DNA of 62,400 bases, filler included. It is 5 parts of 5 records of this genome, joined end to end, with 100 filler letters (N's around TTAATTAATTAA, not from the genome) between each part and the next. Parts side by side here need not be neighbours in the genome. Positions count along the whole stretch, not along the records: positions 30,397 to 45,164 come from SRR20825010_3698; positions 45,265 to 57,901 come from SRR20825010_3711; 3 more parts are not named here. One strand, written 5' to 3'. The notes below the pieces were generated by a model. The model did not search any database. It was not told the origin of the DNA and saw nothing but the letters and a program-made list of their open reading frames with translations. The position numbers and the translations under genes are program-made. Below, in pieces: positions 37,451-47,898 of this stretch. Numbering within the stretch: position 1 is the stretch's first letter; each line of letters opens with the position of its first letter.

Positions 37451-38512
37451 CTAATCGAGCACCAGCTTGTCCGGGCCGTGCCATTCCCGGCGCACCCGCT
37501 CCATGATCTCCGGCCGCACCATCCGGCGCAAGCGGTCGAGAACACCGGACAGCATCCGGTCCCGCTGGCTCTGATCGCCGCCACGCGACACCTGGCTTTC
37601 ATTCTCCGCATACCAGCGACAGCCCCAGCTCGTGGTGCGCAGCCAGGTCAGGCGGCGGAACGGCAGGAACCAGGGCTCCAGGACGCGGGCCAGCGACGGC
37701 GGCACTGCCGTCCGGTAGGTATCGTAGAAATTCGCGACATCCTCATTGCTGAGCTCGCCGCTCACCTCCGGATCCCAGGTCACGGAGGTGTAGAGGCTGG
37801 CATGGGCGAGATCGATGGCGGGCGAGCCGTACTGGGTCTTCTCCATATCGACGAAGATCGCGCGGCCGTCCTTCTGGATGACATAGTTCCCGGGATGCGT
37901 ATCTGTCAGCACAAGCGCCGGCGGCAAGGGCGCCCGGCCATGCTCGGCGGCAAAGGCGCGCGCCCATTGGCGTTCTTCATCGAGAATGGCACGGGCTTGC
38001 CGGTCCTGCACCAAAGCCGGGATGAATTCCGCCTGATCCTCGATCAGACTGACAAGCGCTTCCACCGGACGCGGGGTCCAGGCAAGCGGTGCCGGATCAT
38101 CGGGGGTCGGCAGCCGATGTACGCTGGCCAGAGTTTCGGCGAGCTGCAGCAGATCCTTCGAAAGATCCACCGCCCGGCCCTCGACCGCATCGACGATCAG
38201 CGCGCCGTTCGGCAGCCGCGGGCTCGGGTCGAGATGGCCATGCAGAACAGGCGTATGGCGGCTCGGACCCGCGCGCCGGAAACATTCCGCCTGCAGGGAG
38301 AGTGCATCTTCCGGGGTCACGTCACGCCGGACCAAGCGCGGAATACGGGCCAGCAAACGCTTTCCCTGCCACGGCCTGTCGCCCAGCAGAACGTGATCAT
38401 GGGTCAGGCCGCGCGACGGCAGCCTGATCAGATCTTCGAGAGCAAGCATAGGGAAGATCTTGAGCTTCATCAGCTCGGCGTGGAGATTGCGCAGGTCGAG
38501 GTCGGTCGTCAT
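37451..38512 (-). CDS. Aminoglycoside phosphotransferase / choline kinase-like protein
   Basis: RGLTHDH, LARIPR, LAETLASVH, Brenner-like LTDTHPGN, FVDMEK, AIDLAH. Start inferred at MTTDLDL. Confidence 0.8.
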   Translation of the reverse strand: MTTDLDLRNLHAELMKLKIFPMLALEDLIRLPSRGLTHDHVLLGDRPWQGKRLLARIPRLVRRDVTPEDALSLQAECFRRAGPSRHTPVLHGHLDPSPRLPNGALIVDAVEGRAVDLSKDLLQLAETLASVHRLPTPDDPAPLAWTPRPVEALVSLIEDQAEFIPALVQDRQARAILDEERQWARAFAAEHGRAPLPPALVLTDTHPGNYVIQKDGRAIFVDMEKTQYGSPAIDLAHASLYTSVTWDPEVSGELSNEDVANFYDTYRTAVPPSLARVLEPWFLPFRRLTWLRTTSWGCRWYAENESQVSRGGDQSQRDRMLSGVLDRLRRMVRPEIMERVRREWHGPDKLVLD

Positions 38513-38621
38513 GGCCGCGAATGCTCTGAAATGGTCTAATTGAGTTCCCTGCCGCACTGGCAGGATCATATGCCCTTCTGTTAGCACACGAAGCAGTATT
38601 GCGGAAAAATAAGGACCGGCC

Positions 38622-39416
38622 TTGGGATCATCGGACACATCGAAGAATGAAGATCTGTGGCGGGTGCCGCTGCCAGGCGCCCTCGGGCCGCTGGACGCAC
38701 ACGGCCGCCGCATCGGCGCACCGGCGCCGGACCTGTCGATCAGTGTCATCATCCCCTGCCTTAATGCGGAGAAAGGCCTGAAGCGGACCCTCGACTCCCT
38801 CGCAAGCGCCGAGCGCTCGGGCTTCGCGCCGGAAATCATCATTGCCGATGGCGGCTCCACCGACGCGACGCGGGACATCGCCGAGGCGGCCGGGACCAGG
38901 GTGATCGAGAGTGCCCCCGGTCGCGGCATTCAGCTCGCGGCAGGCGCCAGGGCGGCCAAAGGGGACTGGCTCCTCTTCCTGCATGGCGACACCGCCCTGG
39001 AACGCGGCTGGGCGGCGAGCGTGATGGTCTTCGCCAGTAATGACCGGAACCGGGAGCGGGGGGCCGTCTTCACCTTCGCACTGGACGATGACAGCCCGGC
39101 CGCGCGGCGGCTCGAGGGTATGGTGCGCTGGCGCAATCGCTGGCTCGGTCTGCCCTATGGGGATCAGGGTCTGCTGATCCACCGGCGCTTCTATCGCCGG
39201 CTCGGCGGCTACAAGGAGATTCCGTTGATGGAGGATGTGGATTTCGTCCGCCGCGTCGGCATGAGCCGCCTTGCCCTGTTCGATATCAAGGCCATCACCT
39301 CGGCGGAGCGTTATGTGCGCGCCGGATATCTCCGCCGTGCCCTGCGCAACCTGTTCTGCCTGACGCTTTTCTTCCTCCGGGTTCCGCCCCGGCTGATCGC
39401 CCGGATCTACAGTTAG
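38622..39416 (+). CDS. GT2 glycosyltransferase, TIGR04283-like (rSAM/arsenosugar-associated type)
   Basis: ISVIIPCLNAE, ADGGSTDAT, WLLFLHGDT, LPYGDQGL, PLMEDV, TSAERY. Start uncertain. Confidence 0.88.
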   Translation: MGSSDTSKNEDLWRVPLPGALGPLDAHGRRIGAPAPDLSISVIIPCLNAEKGLKRTLDSLASAERSGFAPEIIIADGGSTDATRDIAEAAGTRVIESAPGRGIQLAAGARAAKGDWLLFLHGDTALERGWAASVMVFASNDRNRERGAVFTFALDDDSPAARRLEGMVRWRNRWLGLPYGDQGLLIHRRFYRRLGGYKEIPLMEDVDFVRRVGMSRLALFDIKAITSAERYVRAGYLRRALRNLFCLTLFFLRVPPRLIARIYS

Positions 39417-39418
39417 AG

Positions 39419-40048
39419 ATGGCCCGCAATACCCTTATCGTCTTCGCGAAAACGCCCCGCCGGGGGCTGGTGAAAAGCCGTCTCGCCCGGGATATCGGCG
39501 CCGGGGCCGCGACCCGCTGGTACCGGCGGAATCTTGCGGCGACCCTGCGGCGGCTCGGCCTCGCTAAACGCTGGAACTGCCACATCATCGCGGCCCCGCA
39601 CCACGCCGCCGCCTGGCCCTGGCCGAAACCCTGGCAGTTCAGCCATCAGGCGCGCGGCAATCTCGGTCAACGGATGCACAAAGCCCTGCAAGGCGCCGGC
39701 AAGGGCCATGCCGTGCTCATCGGCAGCGATATTCCGGGGATCGAACCACGGCACATTGCCGCGGCTTTCAGGGCACTTGGGAAAAATGACGTGGTGTTCG
39801 GGCCTTCCGCCGATGGCGGATACTGGCTGGTCGGCTTCTCACCGCGCTACAGGGGCAACCCGTTCACGGATGTCCGCTGGTCCACCGAGTGGGCGCTTGA
39901 GGACACATTGGCCGGCCTTCGGTCAGGCACGAGGGCCGGTTTTGTCGCGGAAATGCAGGATGTGGACGAAGGCCCGGATCTGGCCGCAGCAACAAGCCGC
40001 GTCAGCCGGAGCGCCCGAACAGCTCGTGCTCGCGCAGGCGCGGCATGA
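39419..40048 (+). CDS. TIGR04282/DUF2064-like transferase (GT-A/CofC-like fold)
   Basis: LIVFAKTPRRGLVKSRLA, QARGNLGQRM, LIGSDIP, VFGPSADGGYWLVG, WST, DVD. Confidence 0.88.
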   Translation: MARNTLIVFAKTPRRGLVKSRLARDIGAGAATRWYRRNLAATLRRLGLAKRWNCHIIAAPHHAAAWPWPKPWQFSHQARGNLGQRMHKALQGAGKGHAVLIGSDIPGIEPRHIAAAFRALGKNDVVFGPSADGGYWLVGFSPRYRGNPFTDVRWSTEWALEDTLAGLRSGTRAGFVAEMQDVDEGPDLAAATSRVSRSARTARARAGAA

Positions 40049-40553
40049 TCTCGACGAAATTGCAGGGCCGGAACCGGATATCGAGCTGATTTGCCAGGAT
40101 ATCGTCCCAGGCATCCTTGCAGGCACCGGTAGAGCCCGGCAGGGCAAAAAGATAGGTGCCGCGCGTAACCCCCGCGATGGCCCGCGACTGGATGGTCGAG
40201 GTGCCGATTTTCTGGAAGCTGAGCCAGCGGAACAGCTCTCCGAAGCCCTCTATTTCCTTCTCGAAGACGGAGCGGAAGGCTTCCGGCGTCACGTCCCGGC
40301 CGGTCAATCCGGTGCCGCCGGTCGAGATCACCACGTCGATGCCGTCATCATCGATCCAGGATGTGAGCTGCCCGGCAATCGCCGGAACGTCATCCGTCAC
40401 GATCTTCCGGTCCGCCAGGATATGACCGGCATCGGTCAGCCGCTGGACCAGCGTGTCGCCGGAACGGTCATCATCAAGAGTGCGGGTGTCCGAGACCGTC
40501 AGGATCGCGATGTTAACGGGAACGAAGGGACGGGACTCATCAATTCCGGGCAT
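40002..40553 (-). CDS. moaB: Molybdenum cofactor biosynthesis protein B
   Basis: IAILTVSDTR, STGGTGLTGRDVTPEA, GFGELFR, FALPGS, RPCNF. Confidence 0.95.
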   Translation of the reverse strand: MPGIDESRPFVPVNIAILTVSDTRTLDDDRSGDTLVQRLTDAGHILADRKIVTDDVPAIAGQLTSWIDDDGIDVVISTGGTGLTGRDVTPEAFRSVFEKEIEGFGELFRWLSFQKIGTSTIQSRAIAGVTRGTYLFALPGSTGACKDAWDDILANQLDIRFRPCNFVEIMPRLREHELFGRSG

Positions 40554-42426
40554 GTTTCGGGCCGCCAGGCTGCTGCGAAATGTCTATTGATTCATAACGC
40601 GGCCACGATCCGGCGGCAATGTGATCCAGCGACGGCGCCGGCTGGCCGAGACGCAGCCTGTACATCCACAGATTGGTCAGAACCCGCTCGATGAATTCGC
40701 GCGTCTCGTGCCGCGGGATGGATTCTATGAACAGCAGCGGATCTTCCTTGAAATCGAGCTTCCGCGTCCATTTACGCAACGTGCCCGGACCTGCATTGTA
40801 AGCCGCCAGAAGCTGGAACAGACCTTCATTGACACTGTCCTGCTTCAGCAGATGGCCGACATATTCCTGCCCGAGCTTCAGGTTGAGGGACGGGTTCATC
40901 AATGCCTTGCGGCCGTCCCGGCTGCGGAAACTGCGGTCATTGGCAACGAAGGCCGCCGTGCGCGGCATGATCTGCATGACGCCAATCGCCCCGCGCCCGC
41001 TGCGGGCCGTCGCATTGAACTTGGATTCCTGCCGGGCAATGGCATAGATCAGCGCCTTGTCGATCCCGGCGATGGAATCGAGCTGCCAATCAGGCAGGGG
41101 ATAAAAGGCCGCATAATAGGGGCGATCCCCCCGCGCCTTAAGGATTCCCGCGATTCGCATGGCAAGACCCGGCATGCCGTTGCCGACGGCAATCGTCATG
41201 ATCGCGCCATGCATGAAGTCGGGCAGCACCGGGTAAAGTCGGCGCAATTCCTTTTCCGCCAAGTCGGTCCGGCCTATTTGCAGCAGAGCAAAGGTCCGGC
41301 GCCCGCCATTTGAATTGATCAGTGCTTCTCTTGTATCCGCGTCCAGCTCCGGCAATGTCCAGTCGAGCGGCATGTCGATGCCGAGCGCGCGGCGCGCCAG
41401 AAGGCCATAGAAGGTCGCCGAGTGAGTCGCCGCCTGGGCCAGCCAGAGCGTCGCCTGCCGTGGCCGCCGTTCGGCGAGATGAGCACGCGATGCCCAATAG
41501 GCACCGGCCGCCTTCACCCAGCGGGAAACATCGGGCGCCCGAGCCAGCGATTCAAAATGGCCGGATGCCTCGTCATGCTGGCCCTCACGCCACAGGGCAA
41601 GACCCGCCGTCCAGTGCGCTGTCGGGATCAGGCCTTTCGAAAGCTTGATGCTTTCGAGAGCGTAACGAATGGCTTTATCATCAACATTGAAGACGAAATA
41701 GCCATGTGCGATCTCCGCCAGCGCATGGGCGCGATCCGTGCCGCCAAGGGAGCGTCCGGCCTTGGAATTGAGATATTTAACCCCGCCCGTTGGGTATCCG
41801 TTCCGAACGAAACGGCGGATTTCCCGGATCACCCGGCGCCCCTGACGGGACACTTTGGGGCCATTGCGGAACAGGTGCTGCTGCGGCTCGACCGCGCCAT
41901 TCACCTGGGATGCGCCGCTGCCGGTCAGATACCCCTTCTGGGGACGCGCAGGCGCCTTCCAGTTCTTCGGCTTCCGGCTCAAGGCCAGCCTGTAGATCTT
42001 CCGGGCTCCCGGATGGTCCGCATAGTGCGCCATCCAGTTTTTCAGCTCCTTATAGGAAGACCTGTAAGCAGTCGGGTGCATGTAACGCTGATACAGCACA
42101 TGGCCCATCAGAACCCGGTCTTCCAGCGCCGCGATCAGCTTGTCTGCGGCACTCCAGTTTCCGGCTTCCTGCAGGGTGAAAATGGCCTGATACCGCTCCG
42201 CATCCAGAGCGCTGACAATGTCATAGCGAATACGCGGCACCACCGGATCGGAATCCACGACACCAAGAGCCGAGGCGCGCGACAGCATCTCGTCGCCGCG
42301 AGCAGCGGCGGCCACAGGCCCGGTATATGTCGATATCGCCGCGGCAATGCCAAGAATCGCACCCGCGATCACCGGCATGGAGAACCACTTGAACCGGCGA
42401 GGATTCGGTTTCACAGCTTCGGTCAT
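40540..42426 (-). CDS. Soluble lytic transglycosylase (SLT domain)
   Basis: YAIARQESKF (catalytic Glu), AIGVMQIMPRTA, LAAYNAGPG, FIESIP..ETR. Confidence 0.92.
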   Translation of the reverse strand: MTEAVKPNPRRFKWFSMPVIAGAILGIAAAISTYTGPVAAAARGDEMLSRASALGVVDSDPVVPRIRYDIVSALDAERYQAIFTLQEAGNWSAADKLIAALEDRVLMGHVLYQRYMHPTAYRSSYKELKNWMAHYADHPGARKIYRLALSRKPKNWKAPARPQKGYLTGSGASQVNGAVEPQQHLFRNGPKVSRQGRRVIREIRRFVRNGYPTGGVKYLNSKAGRSLGGTDRAHALAEIAHGYFVFNVDDKAIRYALESIKLSKGLIPTAHWTAGLALWREGQHDEASGHFESLARAPDVSRWVKAAGAYWASRAHLAERRPRQATLWLAQAATHSATFYGLLARRALGIDMPLDWTLPELDADTREALINSNGGRRTFALLQIGRTDLAEKELRRLYPVLPDFMHGAIMTIAVGNGMPGLAMRIAGILKARGDRPYYAAFYPLPDWQLDSIAGIDKALIYAIARQESKFNATARSGRGAIGVMQIMPRTAAFVANDRSFRSRDGRKALMNPSLNLKLGQEYVGHLLKQDSVNEGLFQLLAAYNAGPGTLRKWTRKLDFKEDPLLFIESIPRHETREFIERVLTNLWMYRLRLGQPAPSLDHIAAGSWPRYESIDISQQPGGPKHARN

Positions 42427-42642
42427 GACCACGCTAAGTAGGGCATGCGAAGACCAATCTCAAGCAGCGATTTCGCTTAACGCATGCGTGTCAATTACCA
42501 CAACTACTTAAGTATGGGCTTTGATGTAATGAGTGAATACACGGTAATACCTTTATTAACATCAACTACTTATATAGTAAATATATAATGAAAGAAACGA
42601 ATCCTGTTTTCCTATAAAATTAATTGAATGAACTGCGCTAAT

Positions 42643-43503
42643 TTATTGAATAATTTGCTTTATTGTCAATAAATCGCGCCATGCCAGCGCCTTCTGACCG
42701 GCCGACCGGAGCAGGAAAGCCGGGTGAAACAGCGGCACTGCGGGCAAAGGCTGTTCCAGGTCCGGATCGGAGAATTCGAAGCGCCGTCCACGCAGGCGCA
42801 TGATGCCCTGGCGCTGATCCAGCAGTGTTTTTGCCGCCGTCCCTCCCACGGGGACCACAATGCGCGGACGCACCAGCGCGATATGACGCCGTATAAAGGG
42901 CAGGCAGATTGCGATTTCGGCGGCGGTCGGCTCCCGGTTCCCCGGCGGCCGCCAGGGCAGAATATTCGTGATGTAGGCGTTTTCAGCCCGGTCCAGGCCG
43001 ATCGACCGCATCATCCGGTCAAGCAGTCTGCCGCTGGCCCCCACAAAGGGACGGCCCTGCCGGTCTTCATCGGCGCCCGGCGCCTCTCCGATAAACATGA
43101 CATCCGGCGTCTCGACGCCCTCGCCGAAGACAAGGTTCGTCGCCGTCACCTTGAGCGGAAACCCTTCCAGGCCTTCCAGTGCCGCGCGCAATTCCCCAAG
43201 AGACTGGGCGCCGGCGGCAAGCGCGCTGGCCGCTATGTCCGTTGCCGGTTCAGCACCCGACCGGGGCCGGGCCTGCCCCGGGGCGCCAGAAACAGCGGCT
43301 CCAGAAGGCGCCGCCGATACCTGCAGAGCGGCCGGGGCAAGAGCGCCGGTATTCACCGTCGGCGCCGCCGGAACGGCGGCTGCCGGAGATACGGCGAACC
43401 AGTTCGTTTCCACATCCCCGATCGCCTCGTCGGCGCCGAGCTCGACATACCATTCGAGCAGCACCTCCGGCGGCATTGCATTCTGTTCCGGCGTTAAGTC
43501 CAC
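42643..43503 (-). CDS. Uracil-DNA glycosylase family 4
   Basis: [48 protein letters not shown] start with GAGGG RBS. Confidence 0.92.
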   Translation of the reverse strand: MDLTPEQNAMPPEVLLEWYVELGADEAIGDVETNWFAVSPAAAVPAAPTVNTGALAPAALQVSAAPSGAAVSGAPGQARPRSGAEPATDIAASALAAGAQSLGELRAALEGLEGFPLKVTATNLVFGEGVETPDVMFIGEAPGADEDRQGRPFVGASGRLLDRMMRSIGLDRAENAYITNILPWRPPGNREPTAAEIAICLPFIRRHIALVRPRIVVPVGGTAAKTLLDQRQGIMRLRGRRFEFSDPDLEQPLPAVPLFHPAFLLRSAGQKALAWRDLLTIKQIIQ

Positions 43504-43613
43504 TGATTTCGTTCCCTCAATCTTGCCGCACGGCCTCTCGCGTCGCTTGTCGCGACAAAAGAGCTGTGCCAAGTAAGACAGTAACCTGTGTAAGAAACGA
43601 TTTGGAGAGGTTC

Positions 43614-45164
43614 ATGGAACGCGAGTCGATGGAATACGACGTCGTGATCGTCGGAGCCGGCCCCTCCGGCCTGTCGGCCGCCATCCGGTTGCGTCAACTG
43701 AGCGCGGAACACGGCCAGGACCTGAGTGTCTGTGTGCTGGAAAAAGGCTCGGAGGTCGGTGCCCATATTCTGTCCGGCGCCGTGATGGAGCCGCGGGCAA
43801 TGGCCGAGCTGTTCCCGGACTGGCAGGAGCGCGGCGCGCCCTTGAACACCCCGGTAACACAAGACCGGTTCATGTTCCTCACCCGCAAGTCCGGTTTCCA
43901 GGCCCCCTGCCCGCCGCAGATGAACAATCACGGCAATTACATTGTCAGTCTCGGCAATGTCTGCCGCTGGCTGGCCGAGCAGGCCGAGGCGCTGGGCGTC
44001 GAGATCTATCCGGGCTTCGCCGCCGCCGAAGTGCTCTATGACGAAAATGGCGCGGTGCGCGGTGTCGCCACCGGCGACATGGGCATCGGCAAGGACGGCG
44101 AGCAGACCGCGAACTACACCCAGGGCATCGAGCTGCATGCCAAGCAGACGCTGTTCGCCGAGGGTGTGCGCGGATCGCTGACCAAGACCCTGTTCGAGCG
44201 CTTCGACCTGCGCGAGGGCGTTGATCCGCAGACCTACGGGATCGGCATCAAGGAGCTCTGGGAAGTCGATCCGGCCGTGCATCAGCAAGGCCTGGTCGTG
44301 CATACCGTTGGCTGGCCGATGGACGGCAAGACCTATGGCGGCTCCTTCCTCTATCACCTGGAAGATAACCAGGTCGCGGTGGGCTATGTGATCGGTCTCG
44401 ATTACGAGAACCCGCACATGAGCCCGTTCGAGGAATTCCAGCGTTACAAGACGCATCCGAAGATCCGTCCCTTCTTCGAAGGCGGCCGCCGGATTTCCTA
44501 CGGCGCACGGGCGATCAACGAAGGCGGCTTTCAGTCCATCCCGAAGATCACTTTCCCGGGTGGCGCCATTCTCGGCTGCTCGGCAGGCTTCCTGAACGTG
44601 CCGAAGATCAAGGGCTCTCATACGGCGATGAAGTCCGGCATGACGGCCGCGGAAGCCCTGTTCGACACCATGAAGGACGGTGCCGGCGCCGGTATGGAAA
44701 TCTCCGACTACCGCACCCGGATGGAAAAAACCTGGGTCTGGGACGAGCTGAAGGCAGTCCGCAATATCCGCCCGGGCTTCAAGGCCGGTTTCCTGATGGG
44801 CATGGCGAATGCCGGGGTCGAGACCCTGCTCAAGGGCAAGAGCCCCTGGACCCTGCACCATCATCACGATCACGAAAGTTTGCGCCCGGCAGCACAGTGC
44901 GAAAAAATCACCTATCCGAAACCCGACGGAAAAGTGAGTTTCGACCGGCTGTCATCCGTGTTTCTCTCAAACACGAACCATGAGGAAAACCAGCCGGCAC
45001 ACCTCACCCTGAAAGACCCGAGCATACCGGTCGATTACAATCTTCCGCTCTATGACGCTCCGGAGCAGCGATACTGCCCGGCAGGCGTCTATGAAATAAT
45101 GCGGGACGATGACGGGTCTAACCCAAGGCTGCAGATCAACGCGCAGAACTGCGTGCACTGCAAG
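43614..45164 (+). CDS. Electron transfer flavoprotein-ubiquinone oxidoreductase (3' partial)
   Basis: [63 protein letters not shown]; truncated by the spacer. Confidence 0.97.
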
Positions 45165-45264
45165 NNNNNNNNNNNNNNNNNNNNNNNNNNNNNNNNNNNN
45201 NNNNNNNNTTAATTAATTAANNNNNNNNNNNNNNNNNNNNNNNNNNNNNNNNNNNNNNNNNNNN
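45165..45264. other. Artificial contig spacer
   Basis: N-run with a central TTAATTAATTAA. Confidence 0.99.
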
Positions 45265-45351
45265 TGGTGTTTCGAGATGTGGGGTATAAAAAGGTGCTAA
45301 AGCCCATCGGCTCATTGTTGTCACTCGGTATACGACCAAATCAAAAGCTCG

Positions 45352-46875
45352 CTAGGTTGATTGTTCCTGGGCGGCATTCTTTGCCACCTGCATTCGAGCG
45401 TGCGTCGGCAGGTGGTTCTTGCCAATTCGTCCGTCGGCCTTGACCCATCCGAGCGGACGGTTTTGATGTTGCACAATCAGCCACCCGCGGAGATCCGTGG
45501 GGACCGTGCCGCCTGCTAGAAAGGTCGCGGCTTCGGTATCGTCCAGTTCGATGCGTGCGGCGTTCACGGTCAAAGGATCACTCGCGTGTCTCAGTGCGCA
45601 CGCATGGGACGGTTTCCAGGTTTGTCCGGTGCGGTGGGCGACTTCCGGGCCAATCGTCCAGTCTTGTTTGACCCACTCGGGAGCACCTTTGCAGAATGCT
45701 TCTGCGATCCAGTCTCGTTGCCGAAAGAACACTGAGTCTTCTGTGTCGGCTTCCGACGGGGATACACCGAGGACGGATTGGATCAGTTCATCGCAGTCGG
45801 AATCCAGTGGTTGCTCTGATCGCAACACGCCCCGACGAAGCAGCCAAGGATCTTCTGAGAATTCAGCGGCTTCTTCGGGTTCGCCAACGACGATTGGTTT
45901 GGCCAAACGAGCCGCAAACGCACCGGCACATCCATCGCGATGTGGCCATGCACGGTAACCGCAATCGGCGAGCGGGCTTTGGTAGTCGCTTAAAGTCGAA
46001 GCGGGAAATGGTTGCATCTCCAATTCCCGAATCATCCAATCGATTTGATCTTCGTTTTCCGCCACTGCAAAGGTGCATGTGCTGTAGACGATCGTTCCGC
46101 CAGGTCGTAGCAGTTTGTGAGCGGCTGCGAGGATTCGTTGTTGGCGTGCCGCATTCGTCGCTACCATCGATTCGTTGACGGCGCCTTTGGATTGCCGGCC
46201 TCGTGATAGCAAGGCTTGGCCGCTGCAGGGAGCGTCGATCAAAATCGTGTCGAAGACGCCCGGTAACTTCTCCGCGAGAGCATCCGGGTCTTCGCTGCTG
46301 ATCGCGTACCGATCGGATCCCGTGCGAGACAAGTTGTACGCTAGGGGCGCGACCCGTGAACGGATCGGTTCGTTGGCGAGCAAGAAGCCGTTGTCGCCGA
46401 TGGCTTCCAAGAGACCAGTCGCTTTTCCGCCGGGAGCTGCGCAAAGATCACAAACCAGTTGTCCAGACAGCGAATCGGTATGAGCTTCAGCGGCTGCGAG
46501 AGCGAGAAGTGATCCAGCGTCTTGCAAGTAGAAATCACCTGCGGCGAAGTCAATGGAACGTGAGGCGTGAAAGCCATCTGGTATCGCGAGAGCCAGTGGG
46601 TACCAAGGCACATCCATTGGGTTCGGTGTAGCGGCGTCGCTGCGGCTGAATCGAAACGCATCGGTACGATCTCGACGAACTCGCATCACATTCGCGTGAC
46701 GCTGACTCATCGCCGCGGCGAGACGCTCCAGCTCATCTTTGGGTAATTCAATGGGTGCAATCGCTGCGGAGACCTGCTCCGCGTCAAGCTCGACCGGTTT
46801 GCGATTGGCGGATGGTTTGGAAGATGCCGACGATTTGCGGCTGGCTTTCTTTGAGCCTTTTCGAGACCGGCTCAC
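45352..46875 (-). CDS. rsmF: RsmF-like NOL1/NOP2/Sun rRNA m5C methyltransferase
   Basis: YLQD, DLCAAPGGK, ANE, LIDAPCSG, VYSTCT, C-terminal GW.K...KNHLP domain. Confidence 0.85.
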   Translation of the reverse strand: MSRSRKGSKKASRKSSASSKPSANRKPVELDAEQVSAAIAPIELPKDELERLAAAMSQRHANVMRVRRDRTDAFRFSRSDAATPNPMDVPWYPLALAIPDGFHASRSIDFAAGDFYLQDAGSLLALAAAEAHTDSLSGQLVCDLCAAPGGKATGLLEAIGDNGFLLANEPIRSRVAPLAYNLSRTGSDRYAISSEDPDALAEKLPGVFDTILIDAPCSGQALLSRGRQSKGAVNESMVATNAARQQRILAAAHKLLRPGGTIVYSTCTFAVAENEDQIDWMIRELEMQPFPASTLSDYQSPLADCGYRAWPHRDGCAGAFAARLAKPIVVGEPEEAAEFSEDPWLLRRGVLRSEQPLDSDCDELIQSVLGVSPSEADTEDSVFFRQRDWIAEAFCKGAPEWVKQDWTIGPEVAHRTGQTWKPSHACALRHASDPLTVNAARIELDDTEAATFLAGGTVPTDLRGWLIVQHQNRPLGWVKADGRIGKNHLPTHARMQVAKNAAQEQST

Positions 46876-47189
46876 GTTCGTGTGATCTTGTTCCAGATGG
46901 ACATCACCAACGATAGCGTCATCGCGATCACGAGCGGCGAGGTGAAGGTGAACATGATGAACAGCACCTGTGCGAGGCTGCCCGAGTCATCTTCGGGAGG
47001 TTTGGCACCCATCCAAATTGCAAAGTCGGTTTGAACGCTCGGAACTCGAGACGCATAAAACAACCCTGCCAGAAAGACGGCGCTGATCAGGACCAGCAGC
47101 AGCGACACGGCGATGCTGACTTGCGGGCGTGATGCGCCGCGTGACGGTGTCCTGGGGTCGGGCGGATGAATGGAATCGGCTTCAGTCAT
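46872..47189 (-). CDS. Small two-TM hypothetical membrane protein
   Basis: Two hydrophobic segments; overlaps both spoVG and rsmF by a few bases. Confidence 0.7.
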   Translation of the reverse strand: MTEADSIHPPDPRTPSRGASRPQVSIAVSLLLVLISAVFLAGLFYASRVPSVQTDFAIWMGAKPPEDDSGSLAQVLFIMFTFTSPLVIAMTLSLVMSIWNKITRT

Positions 47190-47889
47190 TAAAAATGCCA
47201 GACCCAAAGTTGTCGAAAGGATCCGAGTTCTCTTGCGGCGAGTCGTCGGGTTTCGCTCCTCCAGCGTCGCGGTTTGGCGAATTGGTCACGGTTGAACCAC
47301 GAGACCCACCGCCACGACGATGAAGATGGGGTTGGGGGATGCGTTTTTCATCGCCTTGCTCGCCACGAACGATCAGTGTCTCTGAATCGTTTTCTGTTGC
47401 ATCGCTGCGGTCGGAACTCTCGTTGGATGCTGACGCGGAATCGCCCGAGGAAGAATTGGCGTAATCGGCTTCGTCGTAGTCTCCGGCGTCAAAGTCGTCC
47501 TCGTAACGGCTTCGGTAACCGGGTTGCTGCGATCGATCGAGTTCGGCTTCGAATTCTTCGATCACCGCCTGCTGAATCATTTCGCGGCACTCACTGTTGA
47601 TCGGGTGCGCGACATCCGCGTAGAGCTTTTGAGGCGAGTTCGCGTTGTGGCCGCTCAGCTTGGCGCCACAATGGTTGCAGTAGGTTGCTCGCAAGTGGTT
47701 CTTCGAACTGCAACGCCCGCAGTGGCCGGTCAACTTTCGGCTGGGCATCGCGACGAAGGGGCCGCTCGTACCGTCGATGATTTTCAGATCACGAACGACG
47801 AATGATTGATCAATGGTGATCGAGCAAAACGCCCGTAGACGATCCTCCGAACTTTCCATCAGCTTGATGCGAATCTCGGTAATTTCCAC
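47182..47889 (-). CDS. spoVG: SpoVG-family nucleic-acid-binding protein with Zn-ribbon insertion and acidic tail
   Basis: [54 protein letters not shown]. Confidence 0.9.
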   Translation of the reverse strand: MEITEIRIKLMESSEDRLRAFCSITIDQSFVVRDLKIIDGTSGPFVAMPSRKLTGHCGRCSSKNHLRATYCNHCGAKLSGHNANSPQKLYADVAHPINSECREMIQQAVIEEFEAELDRSQQPGYRSRYEDDFDAGDYDEADYANSSSGDSASASNESSDRSDATENDSETLIVRGEQGDEKRIPQPHLHRRGGGSRGSTVTNSPNRDAGGAKPDDSPQENSDPFDNFGSGIFND

Positions 47890-47898
47890 GACGTACCC

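Noticed and set aside
35821-37506. 561-aa plus-strand ORF
   Set aside because: Antisense shadow of the radical SAM gene in GC-rich DNA; no recognisable motifs.
38513-38929. Apparent N-terminal extension of the phosphotransferase ORF
   Set aside because: It overlaps the divergent glycosyltransferase; the kinase-like sequence begins near 38512.
43179-43613. Apparent N-terminal extension of ETF-QO in the ORF track
   Set aside because: It overlaps the divergent UDG gene; the conserved start MERESMEYD with a GAGG RBS is at 43614.
43494-44873. 459-aa minus-strand ORF, and similar long antisense ORFs at 5715-6698, 16221-17255, 23693-24568, 41422-42441, 56748-57749 and 58416-59345
   Set aside because: Each mirrors a well-supported gene on the opposite strand, as expected from high-GC codon bias.
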